Positions 25,332 through 38,321 of a DNA stretch of 64,000 nucleotides are shown here, piece after piece (the stretch's first letter is position 1; each line of letters begins with the position of its first letter). Position numbers and translations under genes: made by a program. The notes beneath the pieces are model-generated. The model saw nothing but the letters and a program-made list of their open reading frames with translations, was not told the origin of the DNA and did no database searches. Location: assembly GCA_964035545.1 (NCBI GenBank), contig OZ037766.1:3586722-3650721 (forward strand). The letters run 5' to 3'. This DNA comes from Bugula neritina. Taxonomy: Eukaryota > Animalia > Bryozoa.

Positions 25332-25633
25332 TGTTACATATGCAACGGATGCTGCTACAGCCCTGACTATGAGAATTATATCATACCATAAAGCCATAAA
25401 GCCATAAAGCCATATAGCCATATAGCCATATAGCCATATAGCCATATAGCCATATAGCCATGAAGCATCTATTATAGCTTTGTATTATGACTGGCTATCA
25501 CTAGAAAGCCATGTAATATTTTGTATATAAACAGTGAATTTTCTCTGTACTAATTGTATTTTTTCCTGGAATTCAAATATACTACATTGTATGATATCTA
25601 CATAAATTATCCTTTCTACTCAAGAATTCAACA
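25332..25633 (+). repeat. 3' LTR (302 bp) with internal 8-bp AGCCATA(A/T) tandem array (~25390-25461)
   Basis: Starts with TG after the PPT and ends with CA before the TSD. The first 18 nt are identical to 21284-21301. TATATAA near 25525. Confidence 0.9.
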
Positions 25634-26490
25634 CTTGTAAAAGTAGCAAATACAGAGCAGATAGCATACTTACAATGGCCCCATGACCTCTTTCACTATA
25701 AGTAACTTTTTCTCCCGTACCATTTTATAAATAGTTATCATGGAGTATTACAGTTGAACAATATAGCTTGTTTAATAACCCGTGAGCAGAGTGCAGTAAA
25801 TATGATAATTTACAGCGTTTATAGTGTTTACCGTGCTTTGTGTATATTTTTTGTTTTTATAACTTTTCAGTGTAAATAGTTCAATTCTAATGAAATTTCT
25901 TATTATTAAAAAATCATTAGGCCTTTAAATCAATTTCCTTATTACTTTGTCTGTTATTCAGTGTACATGCATGGAATCTATTTTGAGTTTGTCCCTATCA
26001 GTCCAACAGACATAAAATGTTTACATCACAAAAAAATCATCAATAAAAAGTTTTTTGACAGTTTTGTCTAATTATAAGGTTATTTCCTTTTATATTATAC
26101 TTTATTTAACATAAGAAGAGCATAGATGTCAACAATTGGTGCAACTTGGCGCAAGAAGGAACTCTGTCGAGAAGATTGATCCATCGTCAGTCATATAGCC
26201 GTCTTCAACTGACTGCTTAGTGAGTGAGTGAGTGATTTAACATGTAAACTAGCCATTCCGTATATAAACAAATAATATTTTTTTTGATAATTCTTGTTAC
26301 TCTTGTGAATGTTTCAGCAATTGTAATACGTCAGCCTTTGATCATTATATATTGTACTATAGATAGAATCATAGTATCATGCTATCATTACATAAAGATT
26401 GCAACTGATGAATGAAGATAATTTCCGATGGCATTTAAGTCAATTAATTGAATGCAGGCATCACTTTAGCATTCAGGTTGAGACAAAATG

Positions 26491-26592
26491 TGAAAAATAA
26501 TTGCCCCCCTGGGAATCAAACTGGAGACCTCTGGCTTGCAAGCAAGTATGCTAACCATTACACCACGGGGACCACTGGGTCAACTCTGCGCT
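26491..26592 (-). mobile_element. ~100-bp tRNA(Gln-like)-derived element with TSD
   Basis: TSD ACAAAATG (26483-90, 26593-600). Absent from the paralogous site at ~38146. Confidence 0.82.
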
Positions 26593-26769
26593 ACAAAATG
26601 GTATCAAATAATGTGACTTATAATGCAATCTATTTTTGCAAAACAGCTTTATTTAATACAATTTTATCAAAATGTATATATTTCTTTTCAATTTGCAACT
26701 AGAATTAAAACTTAAATTTGTAGAAATGGTTTCCGTTTAATTTGATGTTAAAACGGTGACATGAACTTC

Positions 26770-27375
26770 ATCAACAGTGTTTTGAATGTACTCCTGTATT
26801 ATGTTAGACTTCTGCAAATATATAAATAAAAATGTTTGTATTTATATAACTTCTAGAACAATTTAAACAAATATTTAGATACGAGATTATACCAAAACAA
26901 AGTAGAAATGCATCAAAAAGTTTTAATTAATAAACAAACAAACAGAAAATTATACTTAAGAATTTAGATTCTGTGTTGAACTTATCTGATCCTGGTATTC
27001 TTAAGCATTCATTAAATATTCTACTTGCGTCAAACTTAAAGCCTGGTCACACTCACATATGGGTCTACCACAGCTAAATTCTGCATATGGACCTGGCACT
27101 ACAAGCATATAGCATGAGATTATAAACAATGAAAACTAATATGTCAAGTGAAATCACTTTTTTATGCTGGAGGAACAATACAATAAACACACATAAGTAA
27201 ACATTTTAAAACCAAATCTAAGCTACTTTATTAATACTTATGTAGAAAGACACAAGTAGATCTCTAGAACAGGGTTGTAAATATAGCCTGTAAAGCATTC
27301 ACATCTGGGTACATCATTAGGGGCCATGCATGCACCTCCCATTCTAACAATTGAATTATTTGCATAGATCTCTGC
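26770..27375 (-). pseudogene. gene C' pseudogene: decayed copy of exons 3-5 of EGF-repeat gene C
   Basis: The exon-3 copy has TAA (27356-58), TAG (27344-46) and an indel. The exon-4 copy has a 27-nt deletion and a 1-nt deletion. Both donors are mutated GT to AT. Exons 1-2 are absent. Confidence 0.88.
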
Positions 27376-30110
27376 CTATACAGTGAAAAAAGTCTCTGCA
27401 ATTTCCACTAACCCAGCTATTATCAATACTAATTAAACCTGAGCCCAATTTTAAGCAGGTTATAAAATCAGCATAGTATTTTATTTTTGCAATTTACTGC
27501 ATTTTCACATTAAATGAATTTGCATTCCTAACTTTATACGGTGTTACGATTTTAGGTTTATACAAATTTTTAAAAACTTTCAAATCTATAAAAATTTATG
27601 CTTTGTGGCTTATTGTTATCTTTCAAAATACCTCATAATAATATACTGCATTTATGCTATAGCTAGTACACTTTCTTGATGATATATTATATCTAATTAA
27701 AATATTTAGTTTATCTACGAAAGACTTTTTAATCACAAATAGAATTCATACTTATTTGGCTTTGTATACTGTGCTCAAGCACAAAGTAACAATTACAACT
27801 GCAATGACTTAATAACCCACCATGTTAAAACTAGTCGCCTCCAGATATGTAGGCCTTCGCAGAATGATTCTGACTTTTATAAGGTGAAAATTAAATGATC
27901 TGGTGAAGTGCAGAATACAAACTCAAAGCACCTTATATCATGATTGTTTATTGTTCAAAAACACTTCACCTCCAAGGAAATGGAGTGTTGCAATAGGGTA
28001 GAAACCTCCATCTGCAGTAACAACAGATTAAACGCATAATAATGATGTAACTTTCAAAAAATTGTCAATTTCCTTGTCCTGTTTCCTCACTGAAATTCTG
28101 TAGTGGTTTTGATCCAAACGCTTTTCATGATGCGTTGATGAATTGCTTGTTGTCATTGGTAACAGCAAAACTTTCAATGATATTACTGAGTATTCATGAA
28201 TTACACTTGTTAATGGAATACTTTTCTATTATAAAAAATATTGGGAATGAGTTTTTGACATGAGTATTGTAGAGATGGCAGGAAAAATTTTTAGTAATGA
28301 ACAGTTCCAACATAACATACCAAAGAGCAAATGTGCTGAGAACCTTACAACTTAAAAGTATATCTATGGGCCATGCAGTAGGCACGATACTATAATTGTT
28401 TTTTTGCTAATGAAATAAAATTTTAATATTTAGACTTTATATAAAATATATTTTATATTTTTATATTTTATATTTCAATATTTGATCGTAATAGTTTTTT
28501 GTGCAAAAAATATATGACCGCATTTTGAATTGCAGGAACTATATTTAATTGTGCCTATATATTTTTTTACAAAGCTGCATTTTATAACTAATGCAAACTT
28601 ATAGAATTGGTTGTTCACTTACATATTTATGTTTTTATTTTATTTCTATGATAAACTGTTGATGATATTTTTTTCACACATTTTCATAGTATTTAAGGTT
28701 TATCTACCCTTGCTTTTGTTTAATGCAGATTCTCCATAAACTTAGTAACTTCTGACTGCAGAGTTATTTTATTGAACTAAGCAACCATGCATGATACTAA
28801 TCCTAATAGTTGCCTCTTATGCTAATATTGTGCTCTCACGCAATATTTTGCTGAACCCCCCTCCCCCCCTCCGCTATCCTTGTAAAGTGGAATAAAGTAC
28901 TAAATAATACTAAAAAGCTCGTAGTATCAAGTAGTACTTGAAAGTTGAATTGTTTCTAATTAGGACGATTATATAAGACAGAACCAAGCTGCATTCCCTA
29001 AACTTGCTGCTAAATTCCCTTTCAAATAGCAAACAGATACAAAAAGTGTTAGTATTAACTAATTGCACTGATAATTTTGACCCCATATGTTAACTATAAT
29101 AATATTTAGAAGGATTACTGCAGAAATGAAAAAGGCAATTGCAATATATGTAGTAATGTTATAGTAATAGCAGCGGTAGTAGTGCATGGTAGCTGTAGCA
29201 ATGGTCACAATATTTGTAAAGCTGAAAAAGTCTTTTAACTAATAATTTTTAAAACTATCTAAAAATAATTTTCAACATTGTTATAAAACTAAAATTTTAA
29301 AATTGCCTTGAATAAAAATAAATGAAATGAAATTAAAAATATCATGCTCTTTAATTTTGTGCTCTACAAACTAGCCTTTATTATAAAAGCAAAATTAACA
29401 AAGTCTACATTGATTAATCACCTTTGGGTGGCGGAGAAAGTCTACATTGATTATTCATATTTATTTGCTATAAATCATACTATCAATATAATCAAAGCAA
29501 TCTTTAGAGATGCTGACCCAAAGTTGAAAAGACAAATACTAATGATTAATGGGAAGTTTCTACAAATTCTATATCATACTTCAATTTGGTGGTAAGAAGC
29601 TTTTATATTGAACAGAACTCTTGCAAACATACAGAACTTATTATAAAATTTTCTCTTTTAATTCTTTAATTACTTTGAAAAAATGAATGCATTTTATTCT
29701 AATTTTGTTGTGATAACTATAATTTCTTAAAAAATATGGAAGATATCATAGGATCTTTGATAATAGGAAGCAAAGTTTCAACAATTTAACTTAAAATAAC
29801 ACAACCCAACTTTAGCTGCCTAAAGCCTACATATACTTTTAAAACTTTTTGTGCATTTATATAATAATAGGCTTATTATAATTCTTAACTGATTATATTA
29901 TATTATTTCATTGTACTCAGTTATTAAATGTATATATGGAATAGAACAAAACTGGGGCTATATCGCTGATAATAACAAACAAAGTCATTTATTTGAAACG
30001 ACAAAAGATCACAGATAAGCAATAATGAAATGTTATGCAATATATAATAGGCAAAGTTTTAAGTTCTTTGTCTGCTATTCATAAGGGTGTTGTCGATAGA
30101 GTTGATGTAT

Positions 30111-33100
30111 TTATTTCCCAGATCCAACTCTGTAAAGTAAATCGATTGTGTTATATCAATATAAAGAAAATGAAGTCAGTAATAAAAAAGAAAATGAAAA
30201 TGCTTTGCATTTGAGCATATCCTATGACAAAATTATTTGATTGTATTATTATTATGCCATAATGTTTTGAAGAATGTAAAGTTTAAATTATTAATGGTTG
30301 TCATATTATAACTGGTAACTTTCAGATAGGTATTATTTGTTGCAACATTAGAGCTGAAAATAATAGCAATTATATATGATAATTAATTACTTTAATTCGT
30401 AAATTTAAATCAACCCAAAATTTTACAAAGAAGAGAATAACTTACGGGATTCCGTTAAGGCAGCTTTTTGAAGTATTAATTGATTGGCAGCAGATCTGAT
30501 TGGTTGCTTTGCATTGAGAGTTTTGTGAGCAGGGTCTTCCAATTGGTCCCAAAGGCTCGTTAGATTTTGGGCATCTTTTCTTTGCCATAGGAGGTGGTGG
30601 GTCTGTAATTCATCAAAATTATGAACCAAACAATTTCTACTAACCAATTTAATAGAACAGAAGATATCCTAAAGGTAGAAACTAAAGTTGTGCCACAATC
30701 TGCTACTTTTTATTTAAAAAAACTAATTGCTTCTACTATAAAATAAAACAAACATCATCCTAGACAATTTTCTAATAATATAACAATTATACTATTTTGC
30801 AATGATTTGAAAACATAATTATATTTAATTTATTTTAATGAAGCAGTTTCATTAAATAAACATTTCTTAGTCTAAGTTTTGTGAAGATATAACATTTTGT
30901 AATATTTGCCAAACTCAAGCGACCCATTGAAACTGAATGAAGCTATAAAGTGTGCTTTATGATTTCATTCAGTCAAAAATATCTACTTTTAACAACAATA
31001 ATACGTGTGACTCACTGCAGGTAGATGTAGGACAACCCCTTCTAGTTCTGTATCCGTGTGGACAGTAAACATTGCTGTCAAATGGAGGGCATCCAGCTAA
31101 ATTGATGAAACAATTTTGTTAAAGGTTTATGAATAATGAATATTTTAAAACAATATTTTTTTATATAAACTGTCAGTATCATAACTATAAATTTAGTTAA
31201 ATGTCATACAGCTTGAAAAAAAATATTATCAATAAATAAGTACTTAATTTCATATTTCATAAAATTATGACAATTGCGGCGTTGCTACGTTTTAATTTGT
31301 TATAAACTAATTAGTAGTAGTATTGCTCACCACACTGGCATGATGTAACACACCCACAGTCATTGGTAACATAGCCATTTGGACAGGTATAAGGAGTAAC
31401 ACCAGGAGGGAATAACCCACATTCATGGATACCACAAGGTGGACAGGTGGTTGTAGTTACTGTTGTAGGCTCGACTGGAACATTAACACATATTATTAAA
31501 TTTATATTGCATAGAAAATATATAATGTTATACGCTCCTTACAAATTGGAAATTAATGATAAACTATAATTTCTATTGACTGAAACAAAATGCCAAGTGC
31601 TGAAACATTATCATACTCTTTGTTAAACATGAACTTAGCATCATATAATCTGCAACATTAATTGAATAAATCTAACATGTTGATATATAATGCCTCACCA
31701 CATGCGCTAATAGGACATCCTCTTGAGTCTGTTTTAAAGCCCAGTTCACACTGAAGGGATCTGTCAAAGAAGGGGCAGTTTTCTGCAAAATTAGAATTTG
31801 ATGAATATTTTGTGTAGAAATTGTGGGGATAACAAAGCATTCTTGTAAATAAATTTTTGCATGGCAAAACAAAAAAATAACATGAAAAAGAAAAACATGT
31901 TAAGACATATTTTTGTTTAACTATCAAATTTGATTCAATTAGTAATTTTTATTTTAAAAGTAGTATTACATGTTGAGAATTTATAACAATATTTTACAAT
32001 TAAATTTTATTTATAGACAAAAAGAAGAGCATGGTTAATGTATTACCAGATGAATAAAAAACTAATTCATAAAAATTAATTTGCATGTCCAAAAAATGAC
32101 AGGATGCTGATGTATTAAACATGGTGATTTATTATTGTCCTGGTTGGAAGCATAGAAATGTTCAAGCGTCACCAAGTTGGTAGCGACACTGAATGACAAG
32201 TGGTTGCATGATTGACAACACAACACATCTAACACACGCACGACACATAAAACATACACAGTATATATGTGATGAAAATGAAATATAGAAAATATGCAAA
32301 TTAAGGTGCAAAATAAATTCAAACCCAAACATTTATTTATTAGAAATGAGTCTCACCACATGTACAGTCTGATGGGTCCACACACCCGCAGTCATCTCTG
32401 GCAAAGCCGAAAGGACAGATATAGGGTGTTTGTCCTGGAGTGAACAGACCACACTCGTCTATGCCGCAAGGTGGACAGACTGTAAGTAGTACACAGGAAA
32501 TTATATTATATTATATGCAAGCAACTGCTGCATTAATGCTTTAATTTCCCTTGTGCAAAAGTTTTATAATGAGAATATTGCTTAGAGAGCCAAACCTGCT
32601 GTCATACTAATACTTTTATATTAACACATGCATACACAAATACATATAGGAATAGTAAGTTATTAGTAATTCAATGTTTTTAAATCTATTGCAAAAGGTA
32701 TCGCTAAATTAAATCTTCAAAATTTTTTTAATTGAGTGCTTTTTAATAATTGGGCATAAAAACAATAATATTCTGAAAATTAACACAACCTTATAATAGA
32801 ATCTATGCTAAGTATGCTAAGAATCTTTTTTAATTATGACAGCAAACCTTGTCTGCTGGGAATATGTATTTATGATGCAGTTTGTTCATGCTATTTTTTA
32901 AATCTGAATTTTCTGAAATGTTTGCATAAAGTAAATCTTACTAACACACACATAGCTCAAAAATAATAATAGTTTGTTAGGGAGATTTTTATATTTTATA
33001 TGGGTGAAATAAAACACTTACCATGTCTCACACATTTCTTAAGAATGTTGTCGTATTTGTAACCTTGGATGCAAACACAAGTGGGTATATCAGTAGGGGA

Positions 33101-34014
33101 AACGCATCTACCTCCCTCACCACAATCAAAGTTCACACATGGATCACGTGCTAAAACGATGTTGACAATTAGCTTCAAAATTTTATAAATCAGTGTGCAA
33201 ATGGAGTAAAACAAGGTCAGGTTAATGTAGAAATATTATTCATTACTAAATTTTTGATCAATTGAATTAACTTGAGAAAAAAGCTGAATAATTCGTAGTA
33301 GCACTAAAACTTTGCCAATGTTTATAATTTGAACTTTAGCGCTTTTTTATAAAGACTAAACTAAAGTTACGAATCACATGATGTCTTACATCTGACGCAG
33401 GTTCTCTGAATTTCTTCGTAAACATATCCAGCAGGACACACACAGAATGGTGCATCTGCGGGGGCAGTGCAAAATCCTACGCCACAATCAAACCCAGCAC
33501 ATGGATCTGAAATTAAAAAGTAGCTTATTAAAATAAAACAGTTTTACAACAAACAATAATTTTTTTTGAAAGTAACTTTGTTTATGTTATTATATAAAAT
33601 GTGCATTCTTACTAAAAAAGAGTCTAATGCAAGTCTTTTGTGTGGAATCGTAGGTGTAGCCAGCTTCACAAATACAGAAAGGAGCATCTGCGGGGGCAGT
33701 GCAGTTACCCTTCCCACAGTCAAAACCAGCGCATGGATCTCTTACTATAAAGGAACAGATTCAATACTTTCAGTATACAGATGATTTAAAAAAAAGGCAT
33801 AAATCAGGCAATGAATCATCAATATAAGCCATGCATTAATTTCTTTTTGGACCATCACTGAATGTTTCTATACTACTGCTCAGTTTCAATTTTTGAACCT
33901 AGCTAAGACAAAAGAGAAACGTTACCGAAAGATTAAAAAGTAGTTGTACTTACTGTATGCAGAGGTCTCTCCACACAAGACTAGAACTATGGCAGTGAAT
34001 ACTAAAGACTTCAT
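30111..34014 (-). CDS. secreted Cys-rich mosaic protein, gene B (signal peptide + 3 EGF-like + 2x[8-Cys + 4-Cys] + 6-Cys WAP-like), ~348 aa
   Basis: Exons 34014-33954, 33744-33613, 33506-33390, 33150-33022, 32479-32357, 31782-31699, 31474-31331, 31096-31016, 30602-30446, 30129-30111; GT-AG, in frame (1047 nt). Examples: RDPCAGFDCGKGNCTAPADAPFCICEAGYTYDSTQKTC; CPPCGIDECGLFTPGQTPYICPFGFARDDCGCVDPSDCTC; CPFFDRSLQCELGFKTDSRGCPISAC. Ends NGIPVGSGK*. Confidence 0.88.
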
Positions 34015-34067
34015 CTTTGCAGTTTAGTAGCTTTTAGTGAACTGAGGTGAGTTAGGAAACAGTGAGG

Positions 34068-34075
34068 TTTATATA
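34068..34075 (-). promoter_or_regulatory. TATA box of gene B
   Basis: TATATAAA on -, at the same spacing from the ATG as in gene A. Confidence 0.65.
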
Positions 34076-35365
34076 CAAGTTGGATGTCACGCTCCACACA
34101 TTCAGGATATGGTGCGAGTCTATGTGTTAATTATTTACTAAATCCTTTCCTCATCACGACCTTCACTTACCACATGACTAAAATAATTAAACAAGTTTCC
34201 TTTTATTTACTGTGACGAAACTTGGCATTTTGAAATATTCATTACCAAACGAATTCTATCGCATAAATTAATTTTACAAGCATGCAGCTGCTATAATGCT
34301 TTTTTTAAACTGCATGTTGCAACAAAAACAACTATAACACAATATTGTTGTGAAATCATTCATTTTGTAGGTTACCAAGTTAAAAATAATGCAATCTAAG
34401 ACGTTGCCAAAACGTAAATGTATAAGCATACTGTATAGAAACTTTCTAGAAAGATCGATAGCTTCACAGTATACACTGATTGTTAACTTTTAACTTATAT
34501 ATTGCCTATTCAAACTTTATCAGTTTGATAAGTAATATCATATATTATAATATAATAAAACACCAAAAGCCAAACCTCACATATACTGTACTTAGTAAGC
34601 TAATATTTCGTCATAAAATTGTAAATATCAATTATTGATTGCAAATAATTGCATTAAATAAAACGGTGAGAATATAAAATATTGAAATTGGTGCAAATTA
34701 TATTTTTTAATCTTACAATGTATGCCTGGCTGTAACCTAAAAATTTTTTAATTACTTTTTGCATGCAAGTTTTTGTTTTTTTGTGATTTAATGAGACATA
34801 TACAGTGAATGCATTACTCGCATTTTAACTGTATATATTTTCCAGTATCAAGCTATCTGCCTTATACAATAGCTATCATTTCTAACTGTGTTTATACATG
34901 GTCACCCTTAAGTGTCATCCTTATAGTGAAGTTAATAATATTGTATCAGCAATGCCCATGATTTTTGCTTGCTGAAATACAGCTAAGCTTTAAACTATTT
35001 GAAAAAATCAACCCAAGTTACTATTAACATGCTTACTTTTGTCTTTAAAAGCTGCACGACAGTGGTTGTGTTAAAAAGCCGTTGGTATGTTGAAACAATT
35101 TTATTGTCTGGTTCAACTTTTAATCCTATCTGTTTGATGAACAAATATTACTGCCAATGTTGTTCTAATGTTTTGTGATCAAAATGTTCTCATGGCTTGC
35201 TTGCCATAAATGAAGAGTTGTCCTTCCTAATATTCCGTTATAATACAAAATATATTTATATAACATGTCATTTTACTAACAGGTTATAGTGTAGTATATA
35301 TGCTGTGTAAATAGTTATATAGATGTCAGTGGCAGGAATATATCTTATGTCACGTTGGTCCAACA

Positions 35366-35580
35366 AAAAAACTCACACAAGTTTATAGTCGCTATCCCTG
35401 TGAGAAACCCCTGATGGAAAGGTTTTTTGTTAAAGCGAGCTAAGGACTTATTTAAATGAGGCACAGAAGCAATTATGACTGGATGCTCTTCCTAACATCA
35501 CCAATGGCCTTTGTCCGGGCTCGAACTCATGACCTCGTGTTTACTAGGCAAACGCTCTAACTCCTAGACCACGGCTGCTC
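35366..35580 (-). mobile_element. tRNA-Thr(AGT)-derived SINE, copy 2
   Basis: Reverse-complement homolog of 442-653. Not seen at the paralogous position (~19390-19440). Confidence 0.85.
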
Positions 35581-38321
35581 CAATAACAATCTTCTGTTGC
35601 AACTTTGTTGCAATACCTATTTATAGGCAATACCGTTGAACGCAGAGTCTTTCAAAGCTCATGGCTTTTAACAAATGTACAAACTTGCACTTTAATGCAT
35701 AAATGAATTACGTTGCTAAAGCACTTTGAGCCTGCTTAGATTATATAATGTACTTCTAAAACCGAAAATGGTTACTTATAACATACATAGATAGGTAAAT
35801 GTATACAGTCTTTTTGTCATTTTAAACTTTGGGGAATATTTCTTTGTTAAAGGGCAAAGAATTTTCTAGTTATTATAGCTAAAACAAATCTAAATGAAGT
35901 TTACAGACTGCAAAGGTAACATTTTCATTATTTGTTATAGCTACCTGATATTTCTAAAGCTGTTAGTTAAAATTAGTTGATTCTATAAAATTTAGACTAA
36001 AGGTTTACTTAGCTTCATAAAGTAGATAAATAGTGACACTAAACCCATCTCTATGTAATAGCCTGCCTTCAAAGCTGTACACTGAAGTGGAGGACATAAA
36101 AATCCAATCGTAGCCTTGCTTTGACCTGTTACTGGCCAACTAAGGCCCATTTAAATTCAAATCAATACAAATAGAATACCATAAAAGTAGTAACAAACCT
36201 GTCATTTGTTAAATTTAATCATCTCTAAATATGACTAAGTTGTATGTTATTTAGCATTATGGGGCTGAATTGCATGCAAGGTTATATTAAAATCACATGC
36301 AAATTATTGTTGGGCTTTACTGATATCATTTCTCATTTCCTTGCATCTCCAGGCACTATTGTCTTACAACTTACATGGTTACCAGATAAGGACTGATTTA
36401 TGGTGACATGAGGTTTAATGCACTACTTTTTAGTGCACAGGTTTTGTTTATAATTTTGGACAGTGAAATGTGAAATCATAATTACCTTAATTTGGTTAGT
36501 ATTACAAAAACCATAAAGGAAATGTTCCTGCTCACTTCCTTGGTTATGACTGTCTAGCTGTAATATATTTTCTACTTGTAACAACCATGTTTTATATAAT
36601 TGATATTAAATGTATACTTTAATAACTCTATTAAAACTCAAATTAAATTTCACTTTTTGTTCAACTTTTTATCAAACTGCATTAATATTAATTCTTAAGG
36701 AAAGATAATATTTTGTTGCAGTATTATACCTAAATTACTTTATTTCCTAATTTTAGTAAAATATATTTTTTGTGATTATAATGCATATTAAAAAAATTGT
36801 TTTTAAATTTATCTAAAATCTACAAAAACGTTATTTAATTAGTTTTTGCTATGTTTTCTTTTTCCTATTCTAAAAAAAGCTACATAGCTTTCATATTTTC
36901 TAAAAGATAGAGTCTTTTAAGTAAATCAGTTATATCAACTTTTATGCTAAATAAACTTTTTCAAAATTTTTATGAAGCATTAACAGATTTTAAAAAATAT
37001 ATCTCCCCTATGTTTAAAAACTATTAACTATAAAAAAGCTACTCAAAAAGTTATACTGTGCAATAATGCCTGCAATCTCATAAATTTTTTTGTATAGTTT
37101 AAAATAAAGTTAAAATTTATCAAATACAACACAAATTCTGCACTTCATTTTAAAATCATTTATAACTGAATTAGATAGTATGAAATATAGAAATGCATAT
37201 TAATATTTTAATTGCCATGCAATAAAAAAAGTTAGGTAAAATATTTAAAAAGTTAAGAATATTTTGCATTCTAAAAAATAAATCAGCAAGTTCTGCTATC
37301 TTTATAGAGAGCCTAAAAATTTACTTTCTTTAGAAAACAACAGCTGCTTTTATGAAAGCTCTCTGAAAAAAGAGAAAAAAAAGTAAAATATCTTCTTAAA
37401 TATTTAATAACCTGAATACTTGCAAGAAGTAAACAATGCAGAGCAGATAATGCATGCCTACAGCCTCTTTTACTAGGTGACTCTTTCTCTCACTATACTG
37501 TATAATTATGATACATGCAGTGCAAGCATGGAATATTGCAAAAAGTTGAACACAGCTTGTTTAACCAGCTATTATAGCAGATTGCAGGTGGTAGTTTAAA
37601 GTGTTAAGAGTTTACTGTGCTTTGTGTATGTTTTTTGCTTTTATAATTTTTTAACGTAAATAGTTCACCCAGTGAAATTATTTGTCATTGAAAAAATCAG
37701 TAGGTCTTTTAAAATAATTTCGTATTTATTTTATCCAGTAATTAGTGTATATGGAATCTATTTTGAGTCTGTCTCCATCAGTTCATGAGTAGACCTAAAA
37801 GTTCTGCTCATTAGGAAATTTACCAGCAAATAAGCCTTTTGATAAAGTTATCCAACTACGAGGTTAATATATTTTTTGTATTATGTTTTATTGGTCTGTA
37901 AACTAACCATCTTTTGCTAATTCTTTATATAAATAAATAATGCTTCTTTGGAAATTTTTACCATGTTATTCTTTTAAGCCTTTCAGCAATTGTGATACTT
38001 GATCATTATATAGATTGTATTATAAATCGAACGTAGCATCATGGCAGTGTTATACGAATATTACAATTTATTGAATAAAGATGGGGTTTGATAACATTTA
38101 AGTCATTTAATTGAATGCAGACATTACTTTAGCATTTAGGTTAAAACAAAATGATATCACATGTTATTGTATATGAAATTTATTATTTCAAAACAGCTTT
38201 ATATCTTACAATTTCAACAAAATTTATATATTTTTTTCAATTTGCAATTAAAATTAAAGCTTAAATTTGTAAAAATGGTTTTATTTAATTTGATTTTGAA
38301 ATAGTGGCATTAACTTCATCA

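Larger units (their letters stand above)
21284..25633 (+). mobile_element. Ty3/Gypsy LTR retrotransposon with deleted 5' LTR/PBS
   Basis: 5-bp TSD CTTGT (21279-83, 25634-38). PPT AGTGGGGAGA (25322-31). 3' LTR TGTT...AACA at 25332-25633. Only 18 bp of the 5' LTR remain (21284-21301). Empty site in the paralogous segment at ~37415. Confidence 0.93.
13125..28690. repeat. segmental tandem duplication, copy 1 (SLC22 intron 2 to gene C' remnant)
   Basis: 13125-13960 matches 28690-29568. 16030-28690, minus the LTR element, is collinear with 29570-40200. Boundaries are approximate. Confidence 0.85.
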
